Shown: positions 12,026 through 25,702 of the stretch, in pieces
Position numbering within the stretch: position 1 is the stretch's first letter
Layout: the number at the start of each line of letters is the position of its first letter
Assembly (NCBI RefSeq): GCF_963921235.1
Contig: NC_086097.1
Location: forward strand, 213,220,001 to 213,284,000
Reading direction: 5' to 3'
Length of the DNA stretch: 64,000 nt
From: Mobula hypostoma
Taxonomy: Eukaryota
The notes under the pieces: generated by a model
Told to the model about the DNA's origin: nothing
Databases searched by the model: none
What the model saw: the letters and a program-made list of their open reading frames with translations, nothing else
Made by a program: the position numbers and the translations under genes

Positions 12026-13215
12026 ATCCACCTTCCTGTCCCACTTGTACAGGTTACCCCTTCCCAGAAAAGGTTCCAATGATCCAAGAACATGAAACCC
12101 TGCCCCCTGCACCATCTCCTCAGCCACTCATTCGTCTGCACTATCTTCCTGTTCTGACCTTCCCCAGCTTGTTGCACCGGGAGTAATCCGGAGATGACCC
12201 TGCAGTTGGAGGTCCTGCACTTCAGCCACCTTCCTAACTCCCTAAACTTATGGAGCAGGACCTCTACCTATGTCATTGGTACCAATATGTATCATGACCT
12301 CTGACTGCTCACCCTCAAGAATATTCTGCAACTGCTCAGAGACATCCTGGACGCTAGCACCCGGGAGGCAACACACCATCCTGGAGTCATTTTTGCTGCC
12401 GCAGAATCTCCTATCTGTCCCCTAACTATCGAGTCCCCTATGACTATTGCTCCGCTTGACTTCACCCTTCCCTTCTGAGGCTCAGAGCCAGCCACAGTGC
12501 TATTGGTCTGGCTGTTGCCGCCTTGCCCAGAGAGATCATCCCCCTCATCAGTATCCAAAGGGCTATACCTGTTGCTGAGGGGAATGGCAACAGGGGAACC
12601 CCGCACTGACTTCTTTCTCCCTTTACCTCTCGCAGTGTTCATCCAACTACTCCTCAATTTCTGCACTCTGGGTGTAACCACCTGCTCAAAAGTCTTATCT
12701 GTCAATTGCTCTGCCCTGCGGATGATCCTCAGTTCATCCAGCTCCAGCTCCATCTCCTTAATATGGTCTTTCCAGGACTGGAGTTGGCTGCACTTCCCAC
12801 AGGTTCCATGAATTCCTACAGTCCACTGTCACAGCTGCCATCCTAACTGCACTGCACAATGGGCAAACAAGACCAAGTCAGCAATAACGAAAGGAAAAAC
12901 CTACCCTTTTCACCTGTTTATTTGGCCTCAGCCTCTTGAGTCAAAGCCTCTAAATTCCCACTCCAACTCTAGCCCCCACTCCAACAATGGCTGTTCCTCT
13001 GGACTCTATCTCTCTTTTATGGTTTAAAACAATTTTTTAAAATCCACACACAAATAGAAAGAACTCACTGTGGTTTGTGGTGCTCCGCCTGCCTTCTGCT
13101 GCCGCTGATGCCTCGCATTGCGCACTGGCTACTGTTTTTAAGAAGAACCCCAATGCAAGGAGAAAGAACTCATCGTGTTTGGTGGTGCTGCGCCTGCCTT
13201 CTACTGCCGCTGTTG
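12026..13215 (-). mobile_element. CR1 LINE 5' UTR and ORF1 (coiled coil plus GDSL/SGNH esterase) fragment
   Basis: ORF 12292..12753 MELELDELRIIR…PVAIPLSNRYSPLDT…AIVIGDSIVRG; an imperfect duplicated 5' UTR unit lies at about 13055-13215. Confidence 0.82.
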
Positions 13216-13399
13216 ATATTTATTATGGTTATATTGTAATGAACAGAATTATTCTTTATTCTATGCAGCTGCGTTAAAAACCAATTTCAAATGTATGCAT
13301 TACTTTTAAAATTCATTTCAAATCCATTGTGAGTAATGCAGCCACGTCTTGGTACTATGCCACTATCAGAATATCCAACATGTCATAGACCAGATTTAA

Positions 13400-15282
13400 A
13401 AATCCGGGTAGACCTAATGTCTTCGCCTGCCCCTGCCCCACTGAACTTGTGTTCTCATACCTCAATTCCTGGTCCAGTCCCTTCCCATCTACATCTACAA
13501 CACTTCTCATGCCCTTGATCTCCTCAGTAACTTTCAACTCCCTGTCCCCGACTGCCTCATCTTCACCATGGATATTTGGTCCCTGTACGCTTCTATCCCC
13601 CATCAAGAAGGCCTCAAAACACTCTGCTTCTTTCTTGACAAAAGAACCAACCAATTCCCCTCCACCACCAACCTCCTCCACCTGACAGAACTAATCCTCA
13701 CCCTGAACAATTTTTTCTTTGGCTCCTCCCACTTTCTCCAAACCGAGGAGTAGCCGTAGGCACCCACATAGGCCCCAGCTATGCCTGCCTCTTCATTGGC
13801 TGTGGAGAACAGTCCATGTTGGAAGCCTTTCCTGGCAATACTCCCCAACTCTTTCTCTGTTACATTGACAACTGTATTGGTGTTGCTTCATGCACCCATG
13901 CTGAGCTCATCGATTTTATCAACTTTGCCTCTAACTTCCACACTGCCGTTAAATTCACCTGGTCCATCTCTGACACCTCCTTCCCCTTTCTCGATCTCTC
14001 TGTCTCCATCTCTGGAGACAAAATTTCAACCAACAACTTCTATAAACCCACGGTTATCTTGACTATGTCTTCCCACTCTATCTACTGTAAAAATGCTTTT
14101 CCCTTTTCTCAGTTCCTTCGTCTCCACCACACCTGCTCCCAGAATAAGGCTTTCCTTTCCAGTACATCAGAGATGTCCTGTTTTCTTCAAAGAATGGGCT
14201 TTCCCTCCTTCCACCATTGATGCTGCCCTCACCCGTAACTCCTCCATTTCCCAGACATCTGTGCTCACCCCATCTTCCTGCCCCCTCAACAGGGTAGAAT
14301 TCCTCTCATCCTTACCTACCACCCCATCAGCCTCCACATCCAACATGTCATCCTCCGCAACTTCCACCATCTCCAAAGAGATCCTACCACTAAACATATC
14401 TTTACCTCCCCTCCCATCTCCACTTTCCACAAAGATTGCTCTGTCCGTGATTCCCTTGTCCATTCGTCCCTCCCCACTAATCTCCCTCCTGTCACTTATC
14501 CCTGCTAGCAGCCTAAGTGCTACACTTGCCCTTGCACCTCCACCCTCACCTCCATTCAGGGCCCCAAACAGTATTTCCTGGTGAAGGTGGCAACACTTCA
14601 CTGTCAAATCTGCTGAGGTTATCTAATATGTCCAGTGTTCCTGCTGCAACCTCCTCCACATTGGTAAGACCCATCGTGAAATGGGACACCTCCACTCCAT
14701 CCCTCACAAGCAGAACTTCCCAGTGGCCAATCGTTTCAATTCTAATTCCCATTCCTGTTCTGACATGTTGGTCCACAGCCTCCTCCTGCACCAAGATGAG
14801 GCCAACCTCAGGGTGGAGGAGCAACATTTTAGATTCTGTCGGGGTAGCCTCCAACCTGATGGCATGGATATCAATTTCTCCTTCCAGTAAAAAATGTCAC
14901 CCCCCCCCTTCCTCTATTCTTCACTCCACCACTCTGATCTTTCACCTCTTCTCACCTACCTATTACAGCTCCTCCTGGGTCCCCTCCTCTTTCCATTTCA
15001 ACTATGGTCCACTTTCCTCTCCTATCAGATCCCTTCTTTTCCATCTCTTGGCCTTTCCCACCCACCTTGAAATCACCTATCTCCTTCCAGCTTGCCTCCT
15101 TCCTTTCCCACCACCTTTTTGTTCTGACATCCTCCCCTTTCCTTCTCAATTCTGAGGAGGGGTCTCGGCCTGTAACGTCAATTATTTACTTATTTCCGTA
15201 GATGATGCCTGACCTTCTGAGTTCCGCCAGCACCTGGTGTGTTGCTTTGGATTTCCAGCATCTGCAGACATCCTTGTGTTTA
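13400..15282 (+). mobile_element. Penelope-like element (RT, Cys linker, GIY-YIG remnant and pLTR), frameshifted
   Basis: FTMDI.SLY..IPHQEGL, G.A.GT..GPSYACLF, FLCYIDNCIG (YIDD position), PFLDLSV, then CxxC linker, PVA..FNS and LQPDGM.I.F, ending in the shared PLE terminus. Confidence 0.9.
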
Positions 15283-18200
15283 TAACATATTGTTGGTATG
15301 TTTATCTCTCCATAATGAACAATAGTCTCTAATATTTTAGCATTTTATCTGGGTTCTATCATTTTGCTCTTTGGATACATTTGGCCATCATCTTCTACTC
15401 CTTTTCAATGTTTGGTATTTTAACTCAGAAATTCTTGGTATGTATGAAAATTCAGGTACACTAGATCTGTCAATCAAGCCCATCACAGGGATTGTTCTGA
15501 CATCTGCGCTAATTAATGCACACATCAGTGAAACCTGGCATAGCTCTAACAGCAAATTAAATTTACCTATTCTCTTTTTCGATATCATTTAACCCCTTAT
15601 CAAGCACATCCTTGGTGTCTTTGCCGAAATACTCACACAACAGAAAGCACTTTTAGCCATGTTTAGTGTACAAATGCATGAAATGAGTTGATAAAAATTG
15701 ATGAGTTCATCATTGGTTTTCTTATTGTTAATTGAAGCTAACAAGCTTTAAGAGAAACAGATAGGGTCATAGAAACTAATAGTGTTACTTGTTGACTCTT
15801 TGGCTAGGAGGTCCAAAATTCAGAGCCAAAATTTTCAGGACAAAGTCAGGAATAACTTTCATGCGCAGAGTGCTATAACTTTGCAAATCTTATACAAACT
15901 GAAGCTAAAAGCTAATGTAAAATTGGTTAATCAAAGATTTACAGGAAAATGGGGAAAAGGTCATTCTATGGAATTAGGTCACAAATCAGCCATAATCTCA
16001 TATAATTGTGGAATGCGCCTGAGAGGTTAAGTGGCAAACGTTCATTCCTACTTTGTGATATCGGTGTATTGAATATCATCTATCATTATGTAATCATCTT
16101 TAACAATATTCATTTCTTCTCCTGTCTGTGAGTTTACACACTGCCCACAACTAGTTAACACATTTCTACATTAATCAGAATAGCTACTTTTCAAAAATAC
16201 TTTGTTGACTACAGAATTCTTGGAGTTGGCTCAAAATCATGAAGGATGCATCTTTTTTTTTACATACATCTGCCCTGGGAAGGATTTGCACACTGAGGCA
16301 CAGTAAATAAGAATGGGTAGAGGCCATTCAGTCCAATGAGCCCAGTCAGAATGAATTGTCTGGCCATCCAAGTGATATTGTTTTCTCCCCGTATACATCA
16401 CCTCTTGGAGCATAAGGACTACATCGCCTCCTTCTTAAATATATTTCATAATTTAGCTTAAACTGTCTTCTGTGGTGGAGAAATGGTGGACTAGCTGGCA
16501 AGTCCTATTTGATGTGTATTCGGAACAATCTATTCTCTGAGCGGCACCTTTCTCACAGGACTTTTAGAAGAACTTACTGCTTTAATGGCAGTCATCTTTA
16601 TTGATCTGTGTTCAGTTTTACACGACCACGAGGCAAAGCCGTTTCCATCCCCCACGTCTTCTCTGTCCTTGAATGGCTAAGTAGGTCAGTACTGAGGTAC
16701 AGGGAGGAGGGGTGGAACACAGCCCAGATTGTTTTGTTCCTGACTGTTAGAAGTTGATTCCTATGTGCAGGTTTTGCTGGGTTGCTAGGGAAGAATAATT
16801 TTCCCAAGGATCTGCTTTGTATTTTAGTACTTCTCTACAATAATAAGTGGATGTTGAAGTAGTGATTTCGCTGTTGTCTGTGTGTAGCAGTGTAGATTCC
16901 TACTCCTGTGACCGTCATCATTTCGTTTACTGACAACAACTGTTCTCTAACTTTCCAGAAATAGTACCCAAAATATTTTATTCAATGCTTTTACAAAGGC
17001 AACAAATTCTCTGGGTTCCTATATTCCCATACTTAAAAGAGACAAAATCTTCTCGCTCTCATTTAGCATCAGAAGCTGCTATTGACTTTTAATTGTATTG
17101 AGACGTATGTAAATATTTCTTGAAACTTGTATTACACTACTGCCATCTGGTGGTTATAATGTGTAGGACACACAAAATACTGGCGGAACTCTGCAGGTTA
17201 GGTAGTATATCGAAATGAATGAATAGATGACGTTTCAGGCTGTGACCCTTCTTCTGGATTGGAAAGGAAGGGGAAGATGCCAGGTTAAAAAGGAGGGGGG
17301 AAGGGAAGGAGGACCAGCTAGAAGATGACAGGTGAAGCCATGTGGATGGGAAAGGCAAAGGGCTAGAGAAGAAGGAATCTGATAGGAGAGGACAGTGGAC
17401 CACAGGAAAAAGTGAAGAAAGAGGGGCGCCAGGGGGAAGGTGATAGGCAGGTGAAGAGGAAAGGTAAGAGACCAGAGAGGGGAATAGAAGAGGGAAGAGT
17501 GAGGGAAACAAATTACCAGAAGGAGAAATTGATGTTCATGCCATCAAGTTGGAGGCTACTCAGACGGAATATGAAGTGTTGCTCCTCCATCCTGAGAATG
17601 GCCTCATCTTAAAAGAGGAGGCCATGGGTCGACATGTCAAAACAGGAATGAGGTGAAGATAGACATTAAAATAGTTGGCCAGTGGGAAATCCCACTCTTG
17701 ATGAATGGAGCAAAGGTGCTTAACAAAGCGGTCCCTGTTTTATGTCAGGCTTTTACCAATGTACTAGAGACCTCATTGGGAGTATCAGATACATAGGCAA
17801 CTTCAACAGATTCACAGGTGAAGTGTTGCCAAAACTAGAAGGACTATGAGGGGTCCTGAATGGAGGTAAGGGAGGAGGGTGTAGGATTTCAGTTGCTTGC
17901 AAAGGTATGTGCCAGGAAGGAGATTAATGGGGAGGGATAAGGGAATCATGGAGGGAGGGAGTCCTGCGGAAAGCAGAGACTGAAGGAAGGCAAAGATATG
18001 CATGATTGTAGGATCCCATTGAAGATGGTGGAAGTTTTGGGAAATGATATGTTCAATGTGGAGGCTTGTGGTAGGTGAACCCAAGAGGAATTCTATCCTT
18101 GTTAAGGAAGAAAGATGAGGTGAGAACGGATATCCAAAAACTAGAGGAGAATGCGAGTGAAGGCAGCATCACTGGTGGAGGAAGGAGACCCTGTTCTTTG

Positions 18201-21200
18201 AAGAAGGAGGAGATCTCCTTTGTTCTGCAAAGGAAAGCCTCATCCTGGGAACAGATATGGTGATGATGAAGGAACAGAAAAAGGGAATAGTATTTTTACA
18301 GGAGACAGGGTGGGAAGTGGTATAGTCAAGACAGCTGGGGGAATCAGCAGGTTTATAAAAAATGTCAGTAATTGGTTTGTCTCCAAAGATGGAGACATGG
18401 AAATTCAGAATGGGGATGGAGGTATCAGAAATGGACAAGGCAGTGTGGAAGGTGGAAGCAAAGTTGATAAAATTGATGAGCTCAGCAAGGGTGCACGAAG
18501 CAGCACCAATGCAGTTGTAAGTATAGTTCAGGGAGGTTTGGGGTGCATTACCAGGAAAGGCTTTGAACATGGACTGTTCCATGTAGCCAACAAAAAGGCA
18601 GGCATAGCTGCGACCAATATGGGTGCCCATGGCTACATTTTGAATTTTAAAATGCCTTCCATGCATGATATGGTCAATACATGCATGATTCCACGCATTA
18701 CAGCTCAAACATTTCAGCACTGGTGCTGCCTCATGAGGACCCCAAACAGTCCTTCCAAGTGAGGCAACACTTCACCTGCAAATCTACTGTATCGAGTGCT
18801 CCCAGTGTGACCTCCTTCACATTGGTGAAACCAGATATAAATTGTGGGACCACTTTGTTGAACACATCTGCTCCACCCACCAAGAATGGCCAACCATTTT
18901 AATTCCTATCCCCATTCTGTTTCTGTCATATTGTTCCACAGCTTCCTCTTTTGCAACATGAACCCACTTTCATGGTGGATGAGCAACACCTCATATTCTA
19001 TCTGGGTGACCTTCAAACTGATGCCATAAATATCGATTTCTCCTGATATAAAAAATTTCTGTCCTCCTTCCCACTTCTTCCATTTCCTACTCGAGTTACC
19101 ATTACTAGAGAGAAGGTTCTTGGGAAACTGAAAGGTCCGAAGGTAGGTAAGTCTCTGGACTGGATGGTGTACACTCCAGGGTTCTGAAAAATGTGGCTGA
19201 AGAGATTGTTGAAGCATTAGTTATGACTTTTCAAGAATCACTAGATTCTGAAATGGTTCCAGAAAACTGGAAAATTGCAAAAGTCACTCTACTTTTCAAG
19301 AAGGAGAGAGGCAGAAGGAAGGAAACTTAAGGCCAGTTAGTCTGACCTCAGTGGTTGGGAAGATGTTGGAGCTGATTATTAAGGATGAGGTCTGACGGTA
19401 TTTGGAGATGCATTATAAAATAGGCCATAGACAACATGGTTTCCTCAAGGGAAAATTTTGCCTGTCAAATCTATTGGAATTCTTTCAAGAAATAGCAGGC
19501 AGGATAGAGAAAGGAGAATCAGTTGATGTTGTGCACTTGGATTTTCAGAAGGCCTTTGACAAGGTGCCACACGAGACTGCTTACTAAGCTATTAGTCCGT
19601 GGTATTACAGGAAATATTCTAGCATGGATAAAACAGTGGCTGATTGACAGGAGGAAAAGTGTGGGAATAAAGGAAGCCTTTTCTGGTTGGCTGCCGGTTA
19701 CTAGTGGTTTTCCACAGTGGTCTGGTTTGGCACAGATTCTTTTTATGTTATATGTCAATGATTTGGATGATGGAATTGATGGCTTTGTTGAAAAGTTTGC
19801 AGATGATATGAAGATAGTTGGAGTGGCAGGTGGCTTTGAGGAAGTAGAGAGGTTACAGAAGGACTTAGACAGTTTAGGAGAATGGGCAAAGAAGTGGCAG
19901 ATGGAATATAGTGTTGAGAAGTATATGGTCATACACTTTGGTGGAAGAAATGAAAGAGTTAACTAATCCTTGTGCAAGTTTCCCAAAAGGTTAACTTACA
20001 GTTGAGTCTATGGTGAGAAATGCAAATGTGATGTTAGTATTCATTTCAAGAAGAATAGAATATAAAAGCAAGGACGTAATGCTGAGACTTTAGAAAGCAC
20101 TGACGAGGCCTCTCTGAGGGTATTGTAAGCAGTTTTGGGCCCCTTATCTTAGAAAGGATGTGCTGAAACTGGAGCAGGCTCAAAGGAGGTTCACGAAAAT
20201 GTTTCCAGCATTGAATGGCACATCATATGAAGAGTGTTTGTTGGCTCTGGGCCCGTATTCACTAGAATTCAGAAGAATGAGGGTGACCTCATTGAAACCT
20301 GGTGAAAGGCCTTGATAGAGTGGATGTGGAGAGGATGTTTCCTATGATGGGAGAGTCTAAGACCAGAGGACACAGCCTCAGAATAGAGGGCTGTCCTTTT
20401 AGAACGGAGATGAGGAGGAATTTCTTTAAGACCATAAGATATAGAAGCAGAAGTAGGCTATTCAGCCCATCGAGTCTGCTCCGCCATTCAATCATGGACT
20501 GATCCATTTCTTTCAGTCATCCCCACTCCCCTGCCTTCACCCCATAGCCTTTGATGCCCTTAATACACCCAATGACTTGGCCTCCACAGCCACTCATGGT
20601 AACAAATTCCATAGATTTACCACCCTCTGACTAAAGTAATTTCTCCGCATCTCAGTTCTAAAAGGACGTCCTTCAATCTTGAAGTTGTGCCCTCTTGTCC
20701 TAGAATCCCTTACCATGGGAAATGACTTTGGCATATCTAATCTGTTCCGGCCTTTTAACATTCTGAATGTTTCTATGAGATCCCCCCTCATTCTCCTGAG
20801 CTCCAGGGAATATAGCCCAAGAGCTGCCAGACGTTCCTCATACAGTAACACTTTCATTCCTGGAATCATTCTCGTGAATCTTCTCTGAACCTTCTCCAAT
20901 GTCAGTGAATCCTTTCTAAAATAAGGAGCCCAAAACTGCACACAATACTCCAAGTGTGATCTCACGAGTGCCTTATAGAGCCTCAACATCACATCCCTGC
21001 TCTTATATTCTATACCTCTAGAAATGAATGCCAACATTGCATTCACCTTCTTCACAACCGACTCAACCTGGAAGTTAACCTCTAGGGTATCTTGCACAAG
21101 GACTCCCAAATCCCTTTGCATCTCTGCATTTTGAATTCTCTCCCCATCTAAATAATAGTCTGCCCGTTTATTTCTTCCACCAAAGTGCATGAGCATACAC

Positions 21201-21264
21201 TTACCCACATTGTATTTCATTTGCCACTTCTTTGCCCATTCCCCTAAACTATCTAAGTCTCTCT

Positions 21265-22128
21265 TTAACACACATAAAAGTTGCTGGTGAACGCAGCAGG
21301 CCAGGCAGCATCAATATGAAGAGGTACAGTTGACGTTTCGAGCCGAGACCCTTCATCAGTACTAACTGAAAGAAGAGCTAGTAAGAGATTTGAAAGCGGG
21401 AGGGGGAGGGGGAGATCCGAAATGATAGAAGGAGACAGGAGGGGGAGGGATGGAGCCAAGAGCTGGACAGGTGATTGGCAAAAGGGATATGAGAGGATCA
21501 TGGGACAGGAGGCCTAGAGAGAAAGAAAAGGGGGAGGGGGAGAAGAAGCCCAGTGGATGGGCAAGGGGTATAGTGAGAGGGACAGAGGGAGAAAAAGGAG
21601 AGAGAGAAAAAGAATGTGTGTATTTAAATAAATAACGGATGGGGTACGAGGGGGACGTAGGGCATTAGCAGAAGTTTGAGAAGTCAATGTTCATGCCATC
21701 AGGTTGGAGGCTACCCAGACGGAATGTAAGGTGTTCCTCCAACCTGAGTGTGGCTTCATCTTTACAATAGAGGAGGACATGGATAGACATATCAGAATGG
21801 GAATGGGACGTGGAATTAAAATGTGTGGCCACTGCAAGATCCTGCTTTCTCCTGTCCCATGATCCTCTCATCTCCCTTTTGCCAATCAACTGTCCAGCTC
21901 TTGGCACCATCCCTCCCCCTCCTGTCTTCTCCTATCATTTCGGATCTCCCCATCCACCTCCCACTTTCAAATCTCTTACTAGCTCTTCTTTCAGTTAGTC
22001 CTGACGAAGGGTCTCGGCCTGAAATGTCAACTGTACCTCTTCCTAGAGATAATGCCTGCTGCATTCACCAGCAACTTTTATGTGTGTTACTTGAAATTCC
22101 AGCATCTGCAGATTTCCTCATGTTTACG
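21265..22128. mobile_element. 864-bp palindromic PLE insertion in the CR1 RT, 11-bp TSD
   Basis: TSD taagtctctct at 21254-21264 and 22129-22139; inverted arms of about 240 bp (21268-21509 and 21849-22088); PLE C-terminal peptide VATHFNS…LQPDGMNIDFSNF. Confidence 0.92.
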
Positions 22129-25100
22129 TAAGTCTCTCTCTAGGCTCGCTGTTTCCTCAACACTACCCACTCCTCCACCTATCTTTGTATCATGGACAAA
22201 TTTAGCCACAAATCCATTTACCATAGTCCAAATCATTGACATACATCATAAAAAGCAGTGGTCCCAACACTGACCCGCGGGGAACTCCACTGGTAACCGG
22301 CAGCCAGCCAGAATAGGATCCCTTTATTCCCACTCTCTGTTTTCTGCCGACCAGCCAATGCTCCACCCATGCTAGTAACTTCCCTGTAATTCCATAGGTT
22401 CTTATTTTGCGAAGGAGCCTCATGTGTGGCACCTTGTCAAAGGCCTTCTTAAAATCCAAGTACACCACATCTACTACATCTCCTTTGTTTACCCTGCTTG
22501 TAATTTCCTAAAGAATTGCAGTAGGTTTGTCAGGCAGGACTTTTCTTTCAGGAAACCATACTGGCTTTGGCCTATCTTGTCATGTGCCTCCAGGGACTCC
22601 GTAATCTCATCCCTAACAGTCAATTCCAACAACTTCTCAACCACTGATATCAGGCTAACAGTTCTATAGTTTCCTTTCTGCTGCCTCCCACCCTTCTTAA
22701 ATAGCAGAATAACATTTGCAATTTTTCAGTCATCTGGTACAATGCCAGAATTTATCGATTCTTGAAAGATCATTGTTAATGCCTCCGCAATCTCTCTCCA
22801 GCTGCTTTCTTCAGAACCCGAGGGTGCATTCCATCAGTTCCAGGAGATTTATCCACCTTCAGACCATTAAGCTTCCTGAGCATCTTCTCAGTCATAATTT
22901 TCACTGCACATACTTCACTTCCCTGACACTCTTGAATGTCCAGTATACTGCAGATGCCTTCTGCTGTGAAGACTAATGCAAAATACACATTCAGTTCCTC
23001 TGCCATCTCTATCTCTTATTACAATATTTCCAGTGTCATTTTATATTAGTCCTGTATCTACCCTTGATTCTCTTTTACCCTTTATATACTTAAAAAAGCT
23101 TTTAGTATCTTCTTTGATATTAGTCGCCATCTTCCTCTCATAATTCATCTTTTCCTTCCTAATGACCTTATTAGTTTCCTTCCGCAAGTTTTTAAAAGCT
23201 CCCCAATCCTCTATCTTCCCACTAGCTCTGACTTCCTTGTATGCCCTCTCTTTCGCTTTTACTTTGGCTCTGATTTCACTTGTCAGCCATGGTAGTGTCC
23301 TTCTTCCCTTTGAAATTTTCTTCTTATTTGGAACATATCTGTCTTGCGCTTTCCTCATTTTTCGCAGAAACTCCAGCCATTGCTGCTCTGCTGTCCTTCC
23401 TACAAATGTCCCTTTCCAGTCAACTTCCGCCATTTCCCCTCTCATGCCATTGTAATTTCCTTTACTCCACTGAAATACCGACATGTTGGATTTTACTTTT
23501 TCCCTCTCAAATTTCAATGTGAACTTGATCATATTGTGATCACTGTTCCCTAAGGGTTCCTTAACCTTAAGCTCCCTTATCACCTCCGGATCATTGCACA
23601 ACACCCAATCCGGCACAGCCGATCCCCTAGTGGGCTCAACAACAAGCTGTTCTAAAAAGCCATCGCTTAGACATTCTACAAATTCTCTCTTTTGAGGTCC
23701 AGTACTGACCTGTTTTTCTCCATCCATTTTCATGTTAAAATCCCCAACGATTATCATGGTATTGCCTTTTTGACACACCTTTTCTATCTCCTGCTGTAAT
23801 TTGTAATCCACATCCCGGCTGCTGTTTGGAGGCCTGTATACAACTGCCATTAGGGTCCTTTTACCCTTGCCATTTCTTAACTCAACCCCTAGAGCCTCTA
23901 CACCTTCCAATCCTATGTCATCTCTTTCCAATGATTTAATATTATTTCTTATACACAGAACCACACCACCCCCTCTGCCTACTAACCTATCTTTCGGATA
24001 TATCATATATACTTGGACGTTCAGCTCCCAATGGCAACCATCCTTCCGCCAAGTTTCAGAGATGGCCACAACGTCATATTTGCCAATCTGTAGCTGAATT
24101 TCAAGATTGTGCATTTTATTCTTTATGCTGCGTGTATTCAAATACAACACTCTCAGTCCAGTATTTGTTTCTTCCTGTTTTAACTGCACCACACCTCTAT
24201 TGCCCTGTAACTCATCCCACTGTCTTTGATTAAGCTTCATCTCCTGCCTGCTCTTCCTATAATCTCTGTTGTATGCTACCTTTGATTTATTTCTGTTTCC
24301 CCTTTCCTCAGCCCTATCACTCCGGTTCCCATCCCCCCTGCCAAATTAGTTGAAACCCTCCCTAACAGATCTATTAAATGTGCCAGGTAGACTATTGGAC
24401 CCTTTTGGGTACAGGTGTAATCCGTCTTTTTTGTACAGGTCGTACCTCCCCCAAAAGAGGCTCCAATGATCCAGGAATCTGAATCCCTGCCCCCTAGATC
24501 AGTCTCTCAGCCACACATTAACACGCCTGATCATGCTATTCTTGCACTCACTAGCACATGGCACAGGCAGCAATCCTGAGATTCCTACCCTAGAGGTTCT
24601 GCCTTTCAGCTTCCTACCTTACTCCCTGAATTCTCTCTTCAGGACCTCATCCCTTTTTCTACTTATGTCACTGGTACCAACATGTACCTAGACTTCTGGC
24701 TGTTCACCCTCTCTCTTCAGAATACTCTGCACCCGATCCATGAAATCCCGTACCCTGGCACCTGGAAGGCAACACATCATGCGGGTATCTCTATCAGGCT
24801 GACAGAACCTCCTGTCTGTTCCCCTCACTATGGAATCCCCTATGACTACCGCATTCCTCATCTTCCTCTTTCCCTTCTGCACCTCGGAACAAGGCTCAGT
24901 GCCAGAGATCCGACCGCTGTGGTCATCCCCTGTCAGGTCATCCCCCTCAACCGCATCCAAAACAAGGGAACGATTACTGAGGGGGCTAGCCACAGGGGTG
25001 CTCTCTACCATCTGAGCTCTTTCCCTTGCCTCCCTGACCATCACCCATTTATCTAACTTCTGCAGCCTCGGGGTGACTAACTCCCTGTAGCTCCTCTCTA

Positions 25101-25462
25101 TCTCCTGTTCACTCTCCCTAATAAACTGTAGGTCATCGAGCCGCAGATCCAGATCCCTAACATGGTCTCTCAGGAGCTGCATCTCGGTGCACCTGGTGCA
25201 GATGTGGCCTTCTGGGAGACTGGAAGATTCCCAGAATTCCCACATCCGACACCCAGAGCAAAATACTAATCCTAACAACATGCTCAGTATTCCTCAAAAA
25301 AAATGCAAAGAAAAACCAAAAGTGAAGCCCACTTACCTCGCCGAAGCCCGCTTTTGCCAAAGCCTGAATGAGCAAAAGCCTATCACTTCTACTCTCACCT
25401 CCGGCCTACTCCCGACAATGGCCGCTCCGCTTATCCCTTCTGTACTTCTATTTAGTTTGTCA

Positions 25463-25702
25463 AGCTCAGTCACTGCCGCTGATAGGCCCCGCACAATGGA
25501 CTAACACCCACGAAGCTCTCGTTTTAAATAACCGCCTCTGACCTGCGAGAAGCACTCCTCTGTCGAGCTCAGTCGCTGCCGCTGATAGGCCCCGCACAAT
25601 GGACTAACACCCACGAAGCTCTCGTTTTAAATAACCGCCTCTGACCTGCGAGAAGCACTCCTCTGTCGAGCTCAGTTGCCTCTGCTGATAGGCCCCACAC
25701 AA
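25463..25702 (-). repeat. 103-bp tandem repeat (about 2.3 copies) forming the CR1 5' end
   Basis: Unit starting agctcagt… at 25463, 25566 and 25669; the first two units are nearly identical. Confidence 0.93.

Larger units (their letters stand above)
20429..25702 (-). mobile_element. Near full-length CR1 LINE (5' tandem repeats, ORF1 esterase, ORF2 APE+RT, 3' UTR)
   Basis: ORF1 24688..25281 (CxxC…CTRC zinc finger, VIGDSIVRG). ORF2 pieces are 23041..24240 (APE: ISETW, GDFN, SDHN), 22776..23006, 22202..22468 (DFKKAFDKVPH, GVPRGSVLGP) and 20594..21271. Flanked by ttta at 20425-20428 and 25703-25706. Confidence 0.93.

Noticed and set aside
23041..24240. 399-aa ORF as a host endonuclease gene
   Set aside because: It is the APE part of CR1 ORF2; the downstream RT is frameshifted and interrupted.
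25463..25702. CRISPR or satellite array
   Set aside because: Head-to-tail 103-bp duplication at a LINE 5' end with no unique spacers.
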